From Leucoraja ocellata (taxonomy: Eukaryota), in contig JAWMAR010000107.1 in assembly GCA_036785375.1 (NCBI GenBank), forward strand, positions 4,216,001 to 4,280,000: DNA of 64,000 bases, in the 5' to 3' direction. Every line of letters begins with the position of its first letter. The first letter of the stretch is position 1. The translations under genes were made by a program, and so were the position numbers. Below are positions 24,569-37,334 of this stretch, piece after piece. Under the pieces are notes generated by a model, which saw nothing but the letters and a program-made list of their open reading frames with translations, had not been told where the DNA came from and did not search any database.

Positions 24569-25328
24569 AGGGTGATTTCACCAAAGGTCAAATGAGCATA
24601 GATCCCCCCCCTCACGTGACCGAAAAATTTAACTGGAGGACATATGTCACTTCGGCACATGTTAGTGAATGGGGAAACACGCACTTTCACACCCGTTAAA
24701 AACATGGAAAACGGAAGATTTTTTTAGCTGAAATTTTCTGTGCTAGTTGGGGTGACCGTGAAGCACAGCGACCTAAATTTTCAGGCAAAAAAAAGATAGA
24801 AAGTAAGGTAATTACAAGAGGGAACTGAAGGTGGAAAAACAGTGGAAGTGCTTAGCAGACATTTGCCGTGGAGATTTAAAGATCCAAAATATCGGGGATT
24901 ATCGCGTTTGCTCGCTGAATTTCATCAAAAGTAAGACAATAATGCCTTATTGTCAATATTGTCTTACTTTTGATGAAATTCAGCGAGCAAACGCGATAAT
25001 TCCCGATATTTTAGATCTTTAAATCTCCACGGCAAATGTCTGCTAAGCACTTCCGCTGTTTTTCCACCTTCAGTTCCCTCTTGTAATTATTACCTCACTT
25101 TCTATCTTTTTTTGCCTGAAAATTTAGGTCGCTGTGCTTCACGGTCACCCCGACTAGCACAGAAAATTTCAGCTCAAAAATCGGCCGTTTTCCATGTTTT
25201 TAATGGGTGTGAAAGTGCGTGTTTCCCCATTCACTAACATGTACCGAAGTGACATATGTCCTCCAGTTAAATTTTTCGGTCACGTGAGGGGGGATCTGCG
25301 CTCATTTGACCTTTGGTGAAATCACCCT
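24569..25328. mobile_element. Long palindromic (foldback) non-autonomous DNA transposon
   Basis: Arms 24569-24941 and 24957-25328 are near-perfect reverse complements around a ~15-nt loop; termini AGGGTGATTTCACC / GGTGAAATCACCCT. Confidence 0.9.
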
Positions 25329-25736
25329 ATACTTCTAACAATATTTTATTGTAGTCAAATGTTGCATGTTGCCTGTAGATAAATCAATTTATTTACTGGA
25401 AACTGTCATGACCATCCATATTTGATGTTTAAAATGGATAATTGCCGTTCATTACTTTCATTTGGTCTATGCATATCTATTCTGCAACAGTTAATTTGTC
25501 GTGTTCATTTGGCACAATTTAGGATGTGATAAATAGCAACAATGCTTAGTACTGAAGTAACTCTGCTGTAACATTGTTACAGAGATTGAATTGGGGTTCT
25601 CTCAATTCTGTCAAGTGTTCTTATTGTTTCCTTTTTATAGATGATGACTTCTTTCCTTTGCAGATAGATCCCACAATTTTAATAGGAATATAATTGAAGT
25701 TTAATATTGGTTTTCTTTTGTTAATTTTTTTTCTAG

Positions 25737-25946
25737 GAAGGTGAAGTTTTCTTCTGTGGTCTCAAGTACAGTGATCCTAAAGACTATCTTGTCCCTGATA
25801 TTGCTGCTGATTCACAAGTAGCTCCATACCAATCTATTGAAGAAAATATTTGCATTTTGGAGGATGATGAAGTTGAACTGATCAGTGTTCTTGTCCCAGA
25901 CTTTGCTGATGGTGATCCAGCAGATATTGTTCATGATTTCCACAGG
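25737..25946 (+). CDS. ITM2B: ITM2B exon 3 (linker and start of BRICHOS)
   Basis: EGEVFFCGLKYSDPKDYLVPDIAADSQVAPYQSIEENICILEDDEVELISVLVPDFADGDPADIVHDFHR; ctag acceptor, gtatgc donor; 210 nt. Confidence 0.96.
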
Positions 25947-26099
25947 GTATGCACTAATTGCTACATTTGAGCATGACATTTTGTTTCGTTCACTTTTATA
26001 TAGCTTTATTTTTCAACTATTTTAAATCAAACATTTTTTTAATCTATATTATAATGTGTATCTTTGCATGAGTTTATTAAAATAGATTTTCTTTCCTAG

Positions 26100-26255
<156 letters not shown>

Positions 26256-27237
26256 TAATGGCACAATGGGTCTAGTGACAGTTTTTTAGAATGTCTCATG
26301 GATTTAGTTCTCGATGACTGTGGATCAGATGGTAATCTATACGCACCCACGAGCTCTCCACGAGACAATCAACGCCGTCGAAAGATGAATCTTCCAAAAA
26401 CAGTCTCTTGATTAATAGTTTCTTTATTGTAGAACATTTCAATCGTGCTCGTGCATGGTCGAAAACTATTGTCTCTTCCCTGATCTTCTTCGAACTAAAC
26501 TCCTTGGGAGTCTGCACGAGAATCCCATCTGCAGACTACGTATAAATCGCACCCACATAATTGCAGGCAGAAAAAATGTAAAGGTAACTGGTTATAGTTA
26601 TAACATACTGAGTTAAGCTAAATGGCTACTACAATAGGATAAAAGATGTGTTGTCTTGTTGCTAGTTCAGATGGAATCTGGAGATGCTTAAGTTTAGAAA
26701 GCATATACAAGCTTTTTTTCTTGAACATGGCATGACTTTGGAATTGGACCGTGAACTTCCCCTCTGCTTCATGTGGTTTAGAAAAATCTTAATTTGAATA
26801 GTATTACAGCTACTAAAGTTAGAGCATGGACTATCAGCTCTTAAACTGTTTTTATGATTATCTTTCTGTGTAGATGGTAAGAGTAGATTGGTAAATTGAA
26901 TATCACTTGGAGAAAATGTATCCTCGAATGGGACTCGGAACAGTGATCTGTTGGCACAGGACCCGATGGCATAAGTTTTGGAATTCTTGAAAAAGGATGC
27001 ATTAGTTGTGATATTCTAAAATTTCCTAGATTCTGAAATTATCCAGTTCACTTTTTTGGTCTGGATCCTTGTGTTGCCATTATTACTTCATTTGCATGTT
27101 AATAATTTAATATTCATATTGCTGAACGTCATTCTGTTGTGTTTAGCTAAGGTCACTGGATGGTTGAGGGAATTAGTAATTTTGAGTATCAAGTGCCTAG
27201 CATACTAACTTTAAAATATCCTCAATTACTTGAACAG

Positions 27238-27388
27238 GCTGGCACCTATTTGCCCCAGTCTTACTTGATCCACGAAGAGATGGTGGTTACTGATTATATT
27301 GAAAATGTGGATGAGCTTGGATTTTTTATTGCACGTCTTTGTCATGGGAAGAAGAGCTTCAAGCTTCAACGTAGAGATCTTGCAAAAG
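27238..27388 (+). CDS. ITM2B: ITM2B exon 5 (BRICHOS)
   Basis: AGTYLPQSYLIHEEMVVTDYIENVDELGFFIARLCHGKKSFKLQRRDLAK(G); acag acceptor, gtaaca donor; 151 nt. Confidence 0.96.
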
Positions 27389-27714
27389 GTAACAATATAT
27401 TTTGTGCAGTTTTGATGTAACAGTTTTTTTAAAACTCTACTCAATTTAACCGTATAAATTTAAAAGTATTAAATTGTATTATGTCCATGTATGAAGTGTC
27501 TTTAAAAATTCAGTTATTGTCCAGTTACACTAACTTGTCTGTTTCGTCAGTTCCAATTGTGCATAATTAGTGGTCTTTTTTTTAATGTAATAGATCCATT
27601 CTTGATTTTTGCACTACATATTCCAGATACAGGGATAGCACAATTGATTTCTCTCAACTCTCTTCCAGCACTTGATTTATTTATTACAAGTACAAATTAT
27701 TGTCTTTGCTATTT

Positions 27715-28190
27715 CAGATTTCTGGATAATTGGGATCTCTTCCGGGGCAGGAGTGACCTGTATAAAAGGGACGGGTTGCACCTAAACTGGAGGGGGACCA
27801 ACACCCTAGCGGGAAGGTTTGCTAATGCTACACGGGAGGGTTTAAACTAGATTGGCGGGGGGGGGTGGTATCTCGTGCAGGACAGAGGCTAGAGTTGGTA
27901 TGGAAGGTGGCGTGGGAAAGGTTAGTGGACAGAATAGGCAGGTGAAAGGGGGAGAGCGAGAAAGGAGGGTTGGTTTAAAGCGAGAGCGAGAAAGGAGGGT
28001 TGGGTTACTACAGACCCCTGAATAGTCAATGGGAATTAGGAGAACAAATGAGCCGAGAGATTGCAGACAGCTGCAGGTCAATTAAGGTTGTTGTAGTAGG
28101 GGGTTTTATCTTTCTCAAGATAGAACAGGAAAATCATAGTGTGAAGGGTTTAGATGGGGTGCAATTTCTCAAAAGTGTTCAGGAGTTTTC
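27715..28190 (+). mobile_element. CR1 5' fragment (ORF1 esterase C-terminus and degraded endonuclease start)
   Basis: FLDNWDLFRGRSDLYKRDGLHLNWRGTNTLAGRF (SGNH-like DxxH) followed by GYYRPLN...VVVGGF APE-like remnant. Confidence 0.7.
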
Positions 28191-28359
28191 TTAAGCAGCA
28201 TGTGGAGGCCCCCACATTTGTACATGGATTTTATTTGGGTGTTTAGCTAAATAGTACATTTCCAATAAATTGTTTTTGCCCATTGTACGATGGTCTACAT
28301 TGAATTGATCAGTTACCATTACCATATCCATAAGTTTCTTTTTGGTTTGCCCCTTAAGA

Positions 28360-28951
28360 GTAGTTGAGTATAGGAGCAAAGAGTTCCTTCTGCAGTTGTA
28401 TAGGGCCCTAGTGAGACCACACCTGGAGTATTGTGTGCAGTTTTGGTCCCCTACTTTGAGGAAGGATATTATTGCTATTAAGGGAGTGCAGCGTAGGTTT
28501 GTAAGGTTAATTCCCGGGATGGCGGGACTGTCATATGCTGATAGAATGGAGCAGCTGGGCTTGTAAACTCTGGAGTTTAGAAGGATGAGATGGGATCTTA
28601 TTGAAACATATAAGATTATTAAGAGTTTGGACACGCGAGAGGCAGGAAATGTGTTCCTGATGTTGGGGGAGTCCAGAACCAGGGGTCACTGTTTAAGAAT
28701 AAGGGGTAAGACATTTAGAATGGAGATGAGGAAACACTTTTTCACACAGTTGTGAGTCTGTGGAATTCTCTGCCTCGGAGGGTGATGGAGGCCGGTTCTC
28801 TGGATACTTTCAAGAGAGCTAGATAGGGCTGTTAAAGATAGTCAGGGGATATGGGGAGAAGGCAGGAACGGGGTACTGATTGGGGATGATCACATTGAAT
28901 GGTGTTGCAGGCTCGAAGGGCCGAATGGCCTACTCCTGCACCTATTGTCTG
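28360..28951 (+). mobile_element. CR1 3' fragment
   Basis: EYRSKEFLLQLYRALVRPHLEYCVQFWSP; CR1 3' end. Confidence 0.9.
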
Positions 28952-30163
28952 TTAATTTGTGTAAATATTAGCTGGGGAAATGTGACCCAACAAATGATAA
29001 AAACAAGTCAACTAATTTTCTTTTGAGTTAACATGTCTGCTCTTCCAGTATTGAGGTTACATTATTTTTTATCACAATTGACACTGGTAAGTAATTTACT
29101 TAGCAAAAATTGAGCCAGAATACAGTCGACCCCTGCATTATAGCTGTTCAGGTAAAGGAAATCTGCTCTTGCAGAATTTGGAAACCACTACCCCGAACAT
29201 TTGAGATACAAATGATACTTGTTCTTTATAGAAAATCAGAAAAAGTAGCATTTTTCTTGGATCATCCCCTCCTTTCCCCCCGCCCTCACCTCCCAACCCC
29301 CAAGTAATGTGCGGAGGTGGATTTTGAGAATTGGTTTAAACATGGAATGGCACTGAGCTAAAGTAAATGTGTTCAAGACCACAGAGAAAACTCCTTTCAA
29401 TCAACTACCCATCTGTAGGGGAGGTGACAAAAATATAGTCATTTGGTTTGGAGGGGGTGGAAGCTAATTGTCTTTTCATTGATTGCTAAATGGATACAGA
29501 GACTGGCAAATGAAATTTGTAATTTAATGCTAGTTGCTGTCACGTGTGTGGTTGACAGTTTTGTTTAAGGCAAAGCAAAAAACAAACTGCTGAAGGAATT
29601 TGGTGGTTTAAACAGCATCTGGGTGGGAGTAGGGGAAGGGTTAGAAATTGTCAGTTCTGTCAATAATTCCTCCTGACAGATGCTGCTCGACCCTCTTCCT
29701 CCAGTTTTTTGGTACTTCACATTCCAGTGACCAGCCAACAGTTTTTCTCTCTAGACAAGTAAAAGAATTGTCTAAGAACCCAAATAGAAATGTACCTTGG
29801 ATATCTTAAATAAGGAATAATAAAAATGAAATTTTGAGTTTGAAACTCTGTAGAATGAAAACACCCAGAAAAGCTTGCAGGCCTTCCTCATTAAATTCCA
29901 CCATTTGCACCCTTTTGTCTTCTCTATCTGGAGTCCCGGTTACTATCTCTATTCCAACCCCATTCCTTGTGGTGCAAATAGTTGGAGAGAGCAAGATTAT
30001 TTAAGTATGCTGAATTGTTCATTATTCATCCAACTTATGGTTCATTTTCTTGGCTTTGAGGCAAAATTTGCTATTTTGTGGCATGTTGAATGAGAATTTT
30101 GTGCTACAGTTATGAGGTAAGCAGCATTTGCCATTTAAGTTTTTTTTCTTTTTCTTTTCTTAG

Positions 30164-30252
30164 GAATCCAAAAGCGGGATGCATCGAAGTGTTTCAAGAT
30201 TATTCATTTTGAAAGTGAAGTTGCTGTTGAAACTCGTGTTTGTGAACAATAA
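30164..30252 (+). CDS. ITM2B: ITM2B exon 6 (proprotein-convertase site and C-terminal peptide)
   Basis: (G)IQKRDASKCFKIIHFESEVAVETRVCEQ-stop after a long pyrimidine tract; spliced CDS totals 260 aa. Confidence 0.96.
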
Positions 30253-30658
30253 TTGCAGAAGACTCCATATTGAGCCCACAAAATCACTTTTTTTTCCCTT
30301 CGTGTGCAATGCATTTTTCATTATTTTTTTTTTTTTTGTGTTGTAAACAGGGTTTACTTTTTGCAATTTTCCTCTCTGCTTAAATACTATCAGGTGTAAG
30401 ATGCAAGTAGATGTCTAAAGGTATGGTAGTTTGTGAAAAGAGGATAATGCCAATATTTCTATTCATTTCAATAGTGGGCTGTATTATATTGGACTGGAAT
30501 TAATACTTTTTTGAATTGTGGGAAGAAACTGGAGATTCCCCACTTTTTTTTCTCAAATCTATTAATCTATATACTAGGCACTGGATGGGGGTGAAAGAGG
30601 AGAACATAATATGGTAAAGGCATTTGACTAATTGCTGATTTTTGTGTATATAACCTAA

Positions 30659-30664
30659 AATAAA
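30659..30664 (+). promoter_or_regulatory. Candidate ITM2B polyadenylation signal AATAAA
   Basis: AATAAA ~400 nt after the stop, followed by GT-rich GGTTCTGTATGT. Confidence 0.5.
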
Positions 30665-30839
30665 AAAATGTAAATGGTTCTGTATGTACTGAATATTTGC
30701 TGAACACCTTTAACAGAAATATCCACTGTAGTTGCTCAGTTTGGACCCATCTAGTGCATAGCTTGGTGAGGGCTGTTGGAGAAAAACTGGAAAACCCAGA
30801 TGAAGCTGTAAAATGCAGATAAGCGGTCACTGAAACGAG

Positions 30840-31050
30840 GATAGACAAAAAGCTGGAATAACTCAGCGGGACAGGCAGCATCTCTGGAGAGACGGAATGG
30901 GTGACATTTCAGGTAGAGTCTGAAGAAGGATCTTAACCCGAAATGTCACCCATTCCGTCTCTCCAGAGATGCTGCCTGTCACGCTGAGTTACTCCCAACC
31001 TTTTGTGTCTATCTTTGGTTTAAACCAGCATCTGCAGTTCCTTTCTACAC
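30840..31050. mobile_element. Penelope-derived palindromic short repeat with hammerhead-like core in the loop
   Basis: ~70-bp inverted arms (GACAGGCAGCATCTCTGGAGAGACGGAATGGGTGACATTTC and its reverse complement) around CTGAAGA...GAAA-TGTC at 30920-30947. Confidence 0.75.
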
Positions 31051-31483
31051 TGAAACTAGGATGTTGTGAACTTGGCATTTCAGAGTATATGTGGAATGAG
31101 AAGGATCAATGTTACAAATAAGTAACCATGAAGCAGAATTGGCATGTTACAAACAGGAAAGTGAATTGCTTAAAATTATTGAATTCTTTATTGAGAATGG
31201 AACATGCATAGATGGAAGATGAGGTGCTATTCCTCAACTTGCATTGGGCTTCATTGAAATATTCAGGAGACCAACGTTTATTGCCCATACTTCATTCATC
31301 TGGAAGGTGATGAGCCACAAGTGTAAACTGCTGCAGTCCTGTTAAGGTAGTCAAGCAGCCCTGTTGAAGAATTCCAGTAATGTTCACAAAGGAACAGCAA
31401 TGTATTAACATATCAGGCCAGTGTGCAATTCGAAGAGGAGCTTTCAGGTGAATGGTGTTTGCATGCACCTGAGACACTTGTCC

Positions 31484-31906
31484 TGTCGGAATAATTTACT
31501 TGAGAAGTGAGTGATTATCGAACTAGCTACTTTATTCGCAATAACTTGTCGGACAAGGAGAACAGTCAAACAAAAGACTGCTCTGCAGATTCAAAGCGTG
31601 CAGTATTTTTATATCATATTTGATAGCATAAAAGCAAGGTTAATCACATATACTTGTTTACAGGGTTGACTATAGTGAACCAGCATTCAGTAACTTTCCA
31701 TTGAAAAACGGCTTCTTTATCTGTGTAGGAAGATTAGGGTGTCTAGATGTAGCCTTGAGTTCACTAGATCTTCCTTGTGTTTAGCAGGCTTGTTTTTGAC
31801 CCTATGGGCCACTGGCGCCAGGCATGTTTAGCCTAACTCTCAGAGGGTAATTCACTGGATTAAAGTGAAGTGCTGTCCATGTTACAACAGACCAGTTCTT
31901 CCCACA
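31484..31906 (-). mobile_element. Solo LTR (ERV1- or Gypsy-like)
   Basis: TG...CA ends with short inverted repeat TGTCGGAA/TTCCCACA; 4-bp TSD GTCC; minus-strand TATAAAAA (31613-31606) then AATAAA (31536-31531). Confidence 0.75.
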
Positions 31907-33452
31907 GTCCTTGGCTTTTGAGATTATCCTTGAATGATGCTATTGGAGGAACTGTATTTTGTATGTAGTGCACAATTGAGCCATTATCTGCTGGTGGATA
32001 GGACACCCATCAAGCAGGATACTTTGTCCTGGATGTTGCAGCTGCACTTATTTGGGATAATGTGTGATCTTGCTTGATTGAAACCCTCCTTGTGTATTAT
32101 TTCTCATCGTGACCCCCCCCCCCCCCCCCCATAATAGTTTCTAAAGTCTTATCCTCCACCAATGTTTCGTACACCTATTTTTCTTTCATTATATTCTTTT
32201 ATGTAAGGATTCATGGCTTTGGCCCTCTACCTGCCTTTATTGTGATTCTAGCTTCCATCTCTCTGTTCCTTTTATAGCAGCTGCAGATCCTTTCTCATTC
32301 TTTGAAATGTTAGAAATTCTACTTAAAATTATTCTTGGCCCTTACCCTGTGCTCAGTACTTTTTTTAAATAGCATATCTGTCCAAATGTTCTCCCATTGA
32401 TTTTTGAGGTCACAGCTATCATACACAGCATTGCCTTTCTGGAACAAAACACAAATAACTGTGTGTGTGTGTGTGTGTAAGTAAGGCAACATTTGTGGAG
32501 GTAATGAACAGCCGATGCTTTGGTCTGAAGGAGGGTCCTGACCCAAAACGTTGCTATCTGCTTCCTCCACAGATGTTGCATGACCCAGAAGTTCTTCCAG
32601 CACTTTGTTTTGCTCTATATTTGAACATTTACAGTTCTTTGTGTCTCCAGTAACTTTCTAGTTTAAGAAATGATTACATTTTGAAAACTCCTTTAAATTA
32701 ACCCGAAGAATATTTGGCTATGCACATTTTGAAATATTTGGAAATGCACATGCCATTTCCCTGCACACTTACTTGTCACTATTTGTTTTTAAACTCTTAA
32801 TGAGATAAATTCTGTCCATGCCAAATTAAAGGATATCCACTTTTCCAATTTTAATCAGCACAGCCTCGTCTTTGTTTCCTTCTTGGAGTTCTGAATTGCA
32901 GGTGCTAGAAATGCAAAATAGAAGCAAAAATAAGTGTAAAATTACTGAGTGAGACAAATGGAGAGAAAGTGTGTGATAAAAGTGCAACCCAAAAGTGTCA
33001 CGATACCAATTGCTTTATTAAAAAAAAAAATTGTCAACAAGAGGTGAAAAAAAAGCTAAAAACTCTCTTGACAGAGGAGAGAGGGCGGTTACCTGAAGAT
33101 GCCAAAGTGGCAACATAGCCGGATAGAAGGCTAGATGCTTTTACTTGATTCTATGTTGGGCATCGTTGCAGCAACATGGGAGGATGGAGAGGCAATACAG
33201 AATTAAAGTGACAAGCTTCTGAAATTTCAGTCATCTTGCAGACTGGTGTTTTCAATGGGTGGTGTTCTCTGCATTTGTCCTGCTAAATACTGAGCCGCTT
33301 CTGTTACGCTGTTTAAATTCTCAACCTTCTCTCCAGCATGATCCTTAAACTATTCAGACTGTTCTGTGACATTTTTAGATACAACTTCTGACTTTCCAGC
33401 ACTTGTTCTACAGTCAGAACCTTCCGCATTTCTGCACGGACTTCAAATATTG

Positions 33453-33984
33453 AGGTAGACAAAAATGCTGGGGAAACTCAGTGGGTGAGGCAGCATCTAT
33501 GGAGCGAAGGAAATGGGCAACGTTTCGGGTCGAGACCCTGCTTCAGACTGATGTGAGGGTGGGGGGAGGGGCGGGAAGAAGAAAGGAAGCGGCTGAGACA
33601 GTGGGCTGAGGGAGAGCTGAGAAGGGGAGGAGAAAGCAGGGACTACTTGAAATTAGAGAAGTCAATGTTCATACCACTGGGGTGTAAACTGCCCAAGCGA
33701 AATATGAGGTGCTGCTCCTCCAATTTACCGTGGTCCTTACTCTGGCCATGGAGGAAGCCCAGGACAGAAAGGTCAGATTCGGAATGGGAGGGGGAGTTGA
33801 AGTGCTGAACCACCGGGAGATCAGGTAGGTTAATGCAAACCGAGCAGAGGTGATGGGCTAAGCGATCGCCTAGCCTATGCTTGGTCTCACTGATGTAGAG
33901 CAGCTGACACCTAGAGTAGCGGGTGCAATAGATGGGGTTGGAGGAGGTGCAGGTGAACCTCTGCCGCACCTGGAAAGACTGCAA
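33453..33984 (-). mobile_element. Penelope-like element 3' portion: GIY-YIG endonuclease remnant plus terminal repeat
   Basis: ORF 33643-33984 FTCTSSNPIYC..C.LLYISETKHRLGDRLAHH..PVVQHFN..EQHLIFRLGSLHPSGMN; followed by the same short repeat seen across the window. Confidence 0.85.
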
Positions 33985-34207
33985 ATATTCAGAGCTCTTC
34001 TTTGCTCTGTCAGTAAATGGTATCTCTTTCCTGCACTAATTAAAGCCTTAAACCCTGTCTATTACATTGTTTAAGCTGTTACAGTCACTCTCACCTGCAA
34101 GCTTTGAACTCTAGCACTCATGCATGGTCTTTGATACCTGAGGCTGCCGTGCTCATGCCTTCCCAGTAAACTTTCATTGGCTCTTTCTGTTGAACCCTTA
34201 AAATCTC

Positions 34208-34631
34208 ATGGAGCAGCTGGGCTTGTACACTTTGGAGTTTAGAAGGATGAGAGGGAATCTCATTGAAACATATAAGATTGTTAAGGGTTTGGACACGCTA
34301 GAGGCAGGAAACATGTTGGGGGGACCAGAACCAGGGGCCACAGTTTAAGAATAAGGAGTAAGCCATTTAGAACGGAGACGAGGAAACACTTTTTCTCACA
34401 GAGAGTAGTGAGTCTGTGGAATTCTCTGCCTCAGAGGGCAGTGGAGGCGGGTTCTCTGGATGCTTTTACGAGCGAGCTAGATAGGGCTCTTAAAAATAGT
34501 GGAGTCGGGGGATATGGGGAGAAGGCTAGAACGGGGTACTGATTGGGGATGATCAGCCATGATCACATTGAATGGCGGTGCTGGATCTGAAGGGCCAAAT
34601 GGCCTACTCCTGCACCTATTGTCTTTTGTCA
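34208..34631 (+). mobile_element. CR1 3' fragment
   Basis: MEQLGLYTLEFRRMRGNLIETYKIVKG and CR1 3' UTR; same subfamily as 1134-2867. Confidence 0.88.
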
Positions 34632-34970
34632 TTACTGCACTGTCAATGAAGCTTTATTATGCTATATGTTTAGTTTGGAAATAAAGCATAGAAATAGGTA
34701 CTTCGGCCCACCGAGACCACCCCGATCATCGTTCACACTAGTTCCATATCTCACTCCCCACACATTGCGGGCAATTCAAAGGCCAATTAACCTATGCACC
34801 CGCATGTCTTTCAGATAAGGGTGGAAACCAAAGCACCCAGAGGAAAACCATGGGAAAAAGGTACAGCAGAGGTCAGATGTGAACTCGGGTCCCTGGCACT
34901 GAGAGGCAGCACATCTACAAACAACACCACTGGGCCACCTATCTTTAATCTTTCACTGCTTCCTTCTGCT

Positions 34971-35878
34971 CAGTGTTTCCACTTTGAAGGAAATTACCCG
35001 AAATTTTGGAAATTCTGGTTGTCTTCTGGTAATTTTAGGGAAATTAAATAATTTCAGGAAATTTCCGCATCTGGCCCGCGAGGAGGTGTAAAGCTAATAC
35101 ACGCAGCACTACCAGTTTGGCGCGCAAAGATTTAAACAGAGCACTGTCATTTTAACGCGTGGGAATTTAAACATAGAGCTGTTGGCTGCAGCGCTATGGG
35201 CTTAACACATAGCGCTGTGGCCATAGCGCTATGGGTCACAGACTGTTCAGGAAAATTGTCGTATAACAATGAGTCTGGAATTTTCTTTCTCAGTGGAAGT
35301 TGAGCCTTTGATTATTTTTCAGGCAGTGGTAGAATTCTGGATAAGGTTAGTGGTGAAAGATTACCAGTGGGATTGCAGTTACATTGGGATTGGCCTTGAT
35401 TTTACATAACAGTGGGTGGGCTCAAGGGGCAGAGTGGGATGGATAGAGGGAGGGGGGGGGGAGAAAGGGAAGGAGGGAATAAGAGGGGGAGGGGAAAAAA
35501 AGGAAGGAGAGGGAGGGTGGGAGGGGGGAGAGGGATGCGGAGGGAGCAAGAGACGAAGGGAGGGAAGGAGAGTGGGAGTGAGCAGAGACAGACACATGAG
35601 AGCAGGTTGAAAAAACGAAGATAACGAAAGCTGTTGGAGGCAACGAAAGCTGAATTGCATAACACTGTACAAGTGAGTGACAGAAGCAGGCAGATACGGT
35701 GTCGTTGCATAGATCTGTTTTGCCTTGTTCTTTGTGTTGTTAACATGTGCCCGCAAGAAAAACCCAACAACAAATAGCACGCAGGAAGCATTTTGTAAAT
35801 TTCAGGAAATAACAACAAATTCCAAAAAATTTGGGGATTCTATTTCAGGTTAAAAAAAAATGAAATGTGGAAGCACTG
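34971..35878. mobile_element. hAT non-autonomous element containing a polypurine tract
   Basis: TIR CAGTGTTTCCAC / GTGGAAGCACTG; 8-bp flanks CTTCTGCT and CCTCTGCT (7/8 match). Confidence 0.65.
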
Positions 35879-37334
35879 CCTCTGCTGCACTTATTAAACT
35901 ACCACAGTTTCCTCTAACTCTCGGGCTCTCTCCTGTACTCTTTGAACTCTATGATTCCCTCTCTCATTCACTATCTTAATTTTTTTGTTGTTTAAACAGG
36001 AATAGTTACACCTGCACAAAAATGATGCACAATGGTTTTCTAAATCTATGTTGAGGAACTAAATGGGGAAAAGATTAAATTGGGTCTTGTGCAATTAAAG
36101 TACTCATTGATAATTTTGACGTAATTGAGCATTTTGGAAAGAATTATCATAATTGGTAGAATTTTACAGTGAGTTAGGTAATATTGATCAGTCTGAAATT
36201 GGAAAATACATTGACTGATTTGAGTGTTAAGGCAATGATGAGCGTTAAAAAAAATAAAAATACTCCAAGGCTCAAAGACTGGGGAAAAGTGGTTGATAGA
36301 AAATGAGGGGAAAAATAATTGCAGGTGCTGGATATCTTAAAAATAGAATATGCCATCAAATCAGGCAGCATTTCTGGAAATAGAAACATCTAAGATCCTT
36401 CATCAGAACTGGGGGAAAAAGAGATAGTGGAGAAAAATATGTGGTGAAGAAAAAGTAGTCCATTCATGACAGGTGAAATAAAATATATTAAATCCAGGGA
36501 AAAAACTATAAATGTTCGAAACACCTGAAGGCTTGAGGATTCTCAGTATTTTAAAACACGGTAAAGAAATACCAAAACCTTGATCGAGAAAGTCAAGGTA
36601 GAACGAGAGTAAATGAGCAAGAAACATAAAAAGAAACTTGTGCTTCCATTGGTATGCAAATAAGGAAAAGACTGGTGTGTCTTTAAAAAAAAAAGGTGCT
36701 TTAGACGGATGCAGGAGAATTTATCAAGGAGAGTAAGAAAGTGATAGAAAAATTAGAAAAAAAACTCAGACTGCCAGAAATACTAGAGAAACAAGAATTC
36801 AGCAAGAATAGGCAACTGAAGAAAATAAATATTTAAAAAGAATTACTAGAGGTTGATAAAACTAAGGTTGGTAAATTCTAATAAGCCAATGGGCGGTACC
36901 AGAACATTATAAATTAAGTAGCTATAAAGTTAGTAAATGATTATCATTTTCACAAAAATCAGCAGAATCTGAAATTGTTTCTATGGAATGTTTTCTAAAA
37001 AAATAAATAAATAAATAAAAAAGTATGTGAGAGAAAATGGGGAATTATTGACCCATTAGCCTAACTAACGTTACCAACGGGGAAAATGTTGGAGACATAA
37101 TGATGTAATAACAGAATATTTTCAAATGAATAATAGAATGAGTCAGCATGGATTTATGGGGACAAAATCATGTTTGATTGGAGTTGTTTGAGAATGTGAC
37201 CTGTATAAATGATAAGAGGGAATCGCAAAATAAGCTGCAATTGGATTTTTAGGTTTTGATAGATCCCATACATGAGGTTTGTTAACAAAGTTGGAGTTTG
37301 GACTAATGTACTGACATAGACTGAGAATTGATTA

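Noticed and set aside
35379-35818. Pro/Gly-rich ORFs on both strands
   Set aside because: Low-complexity polypurine tract within a hAT element
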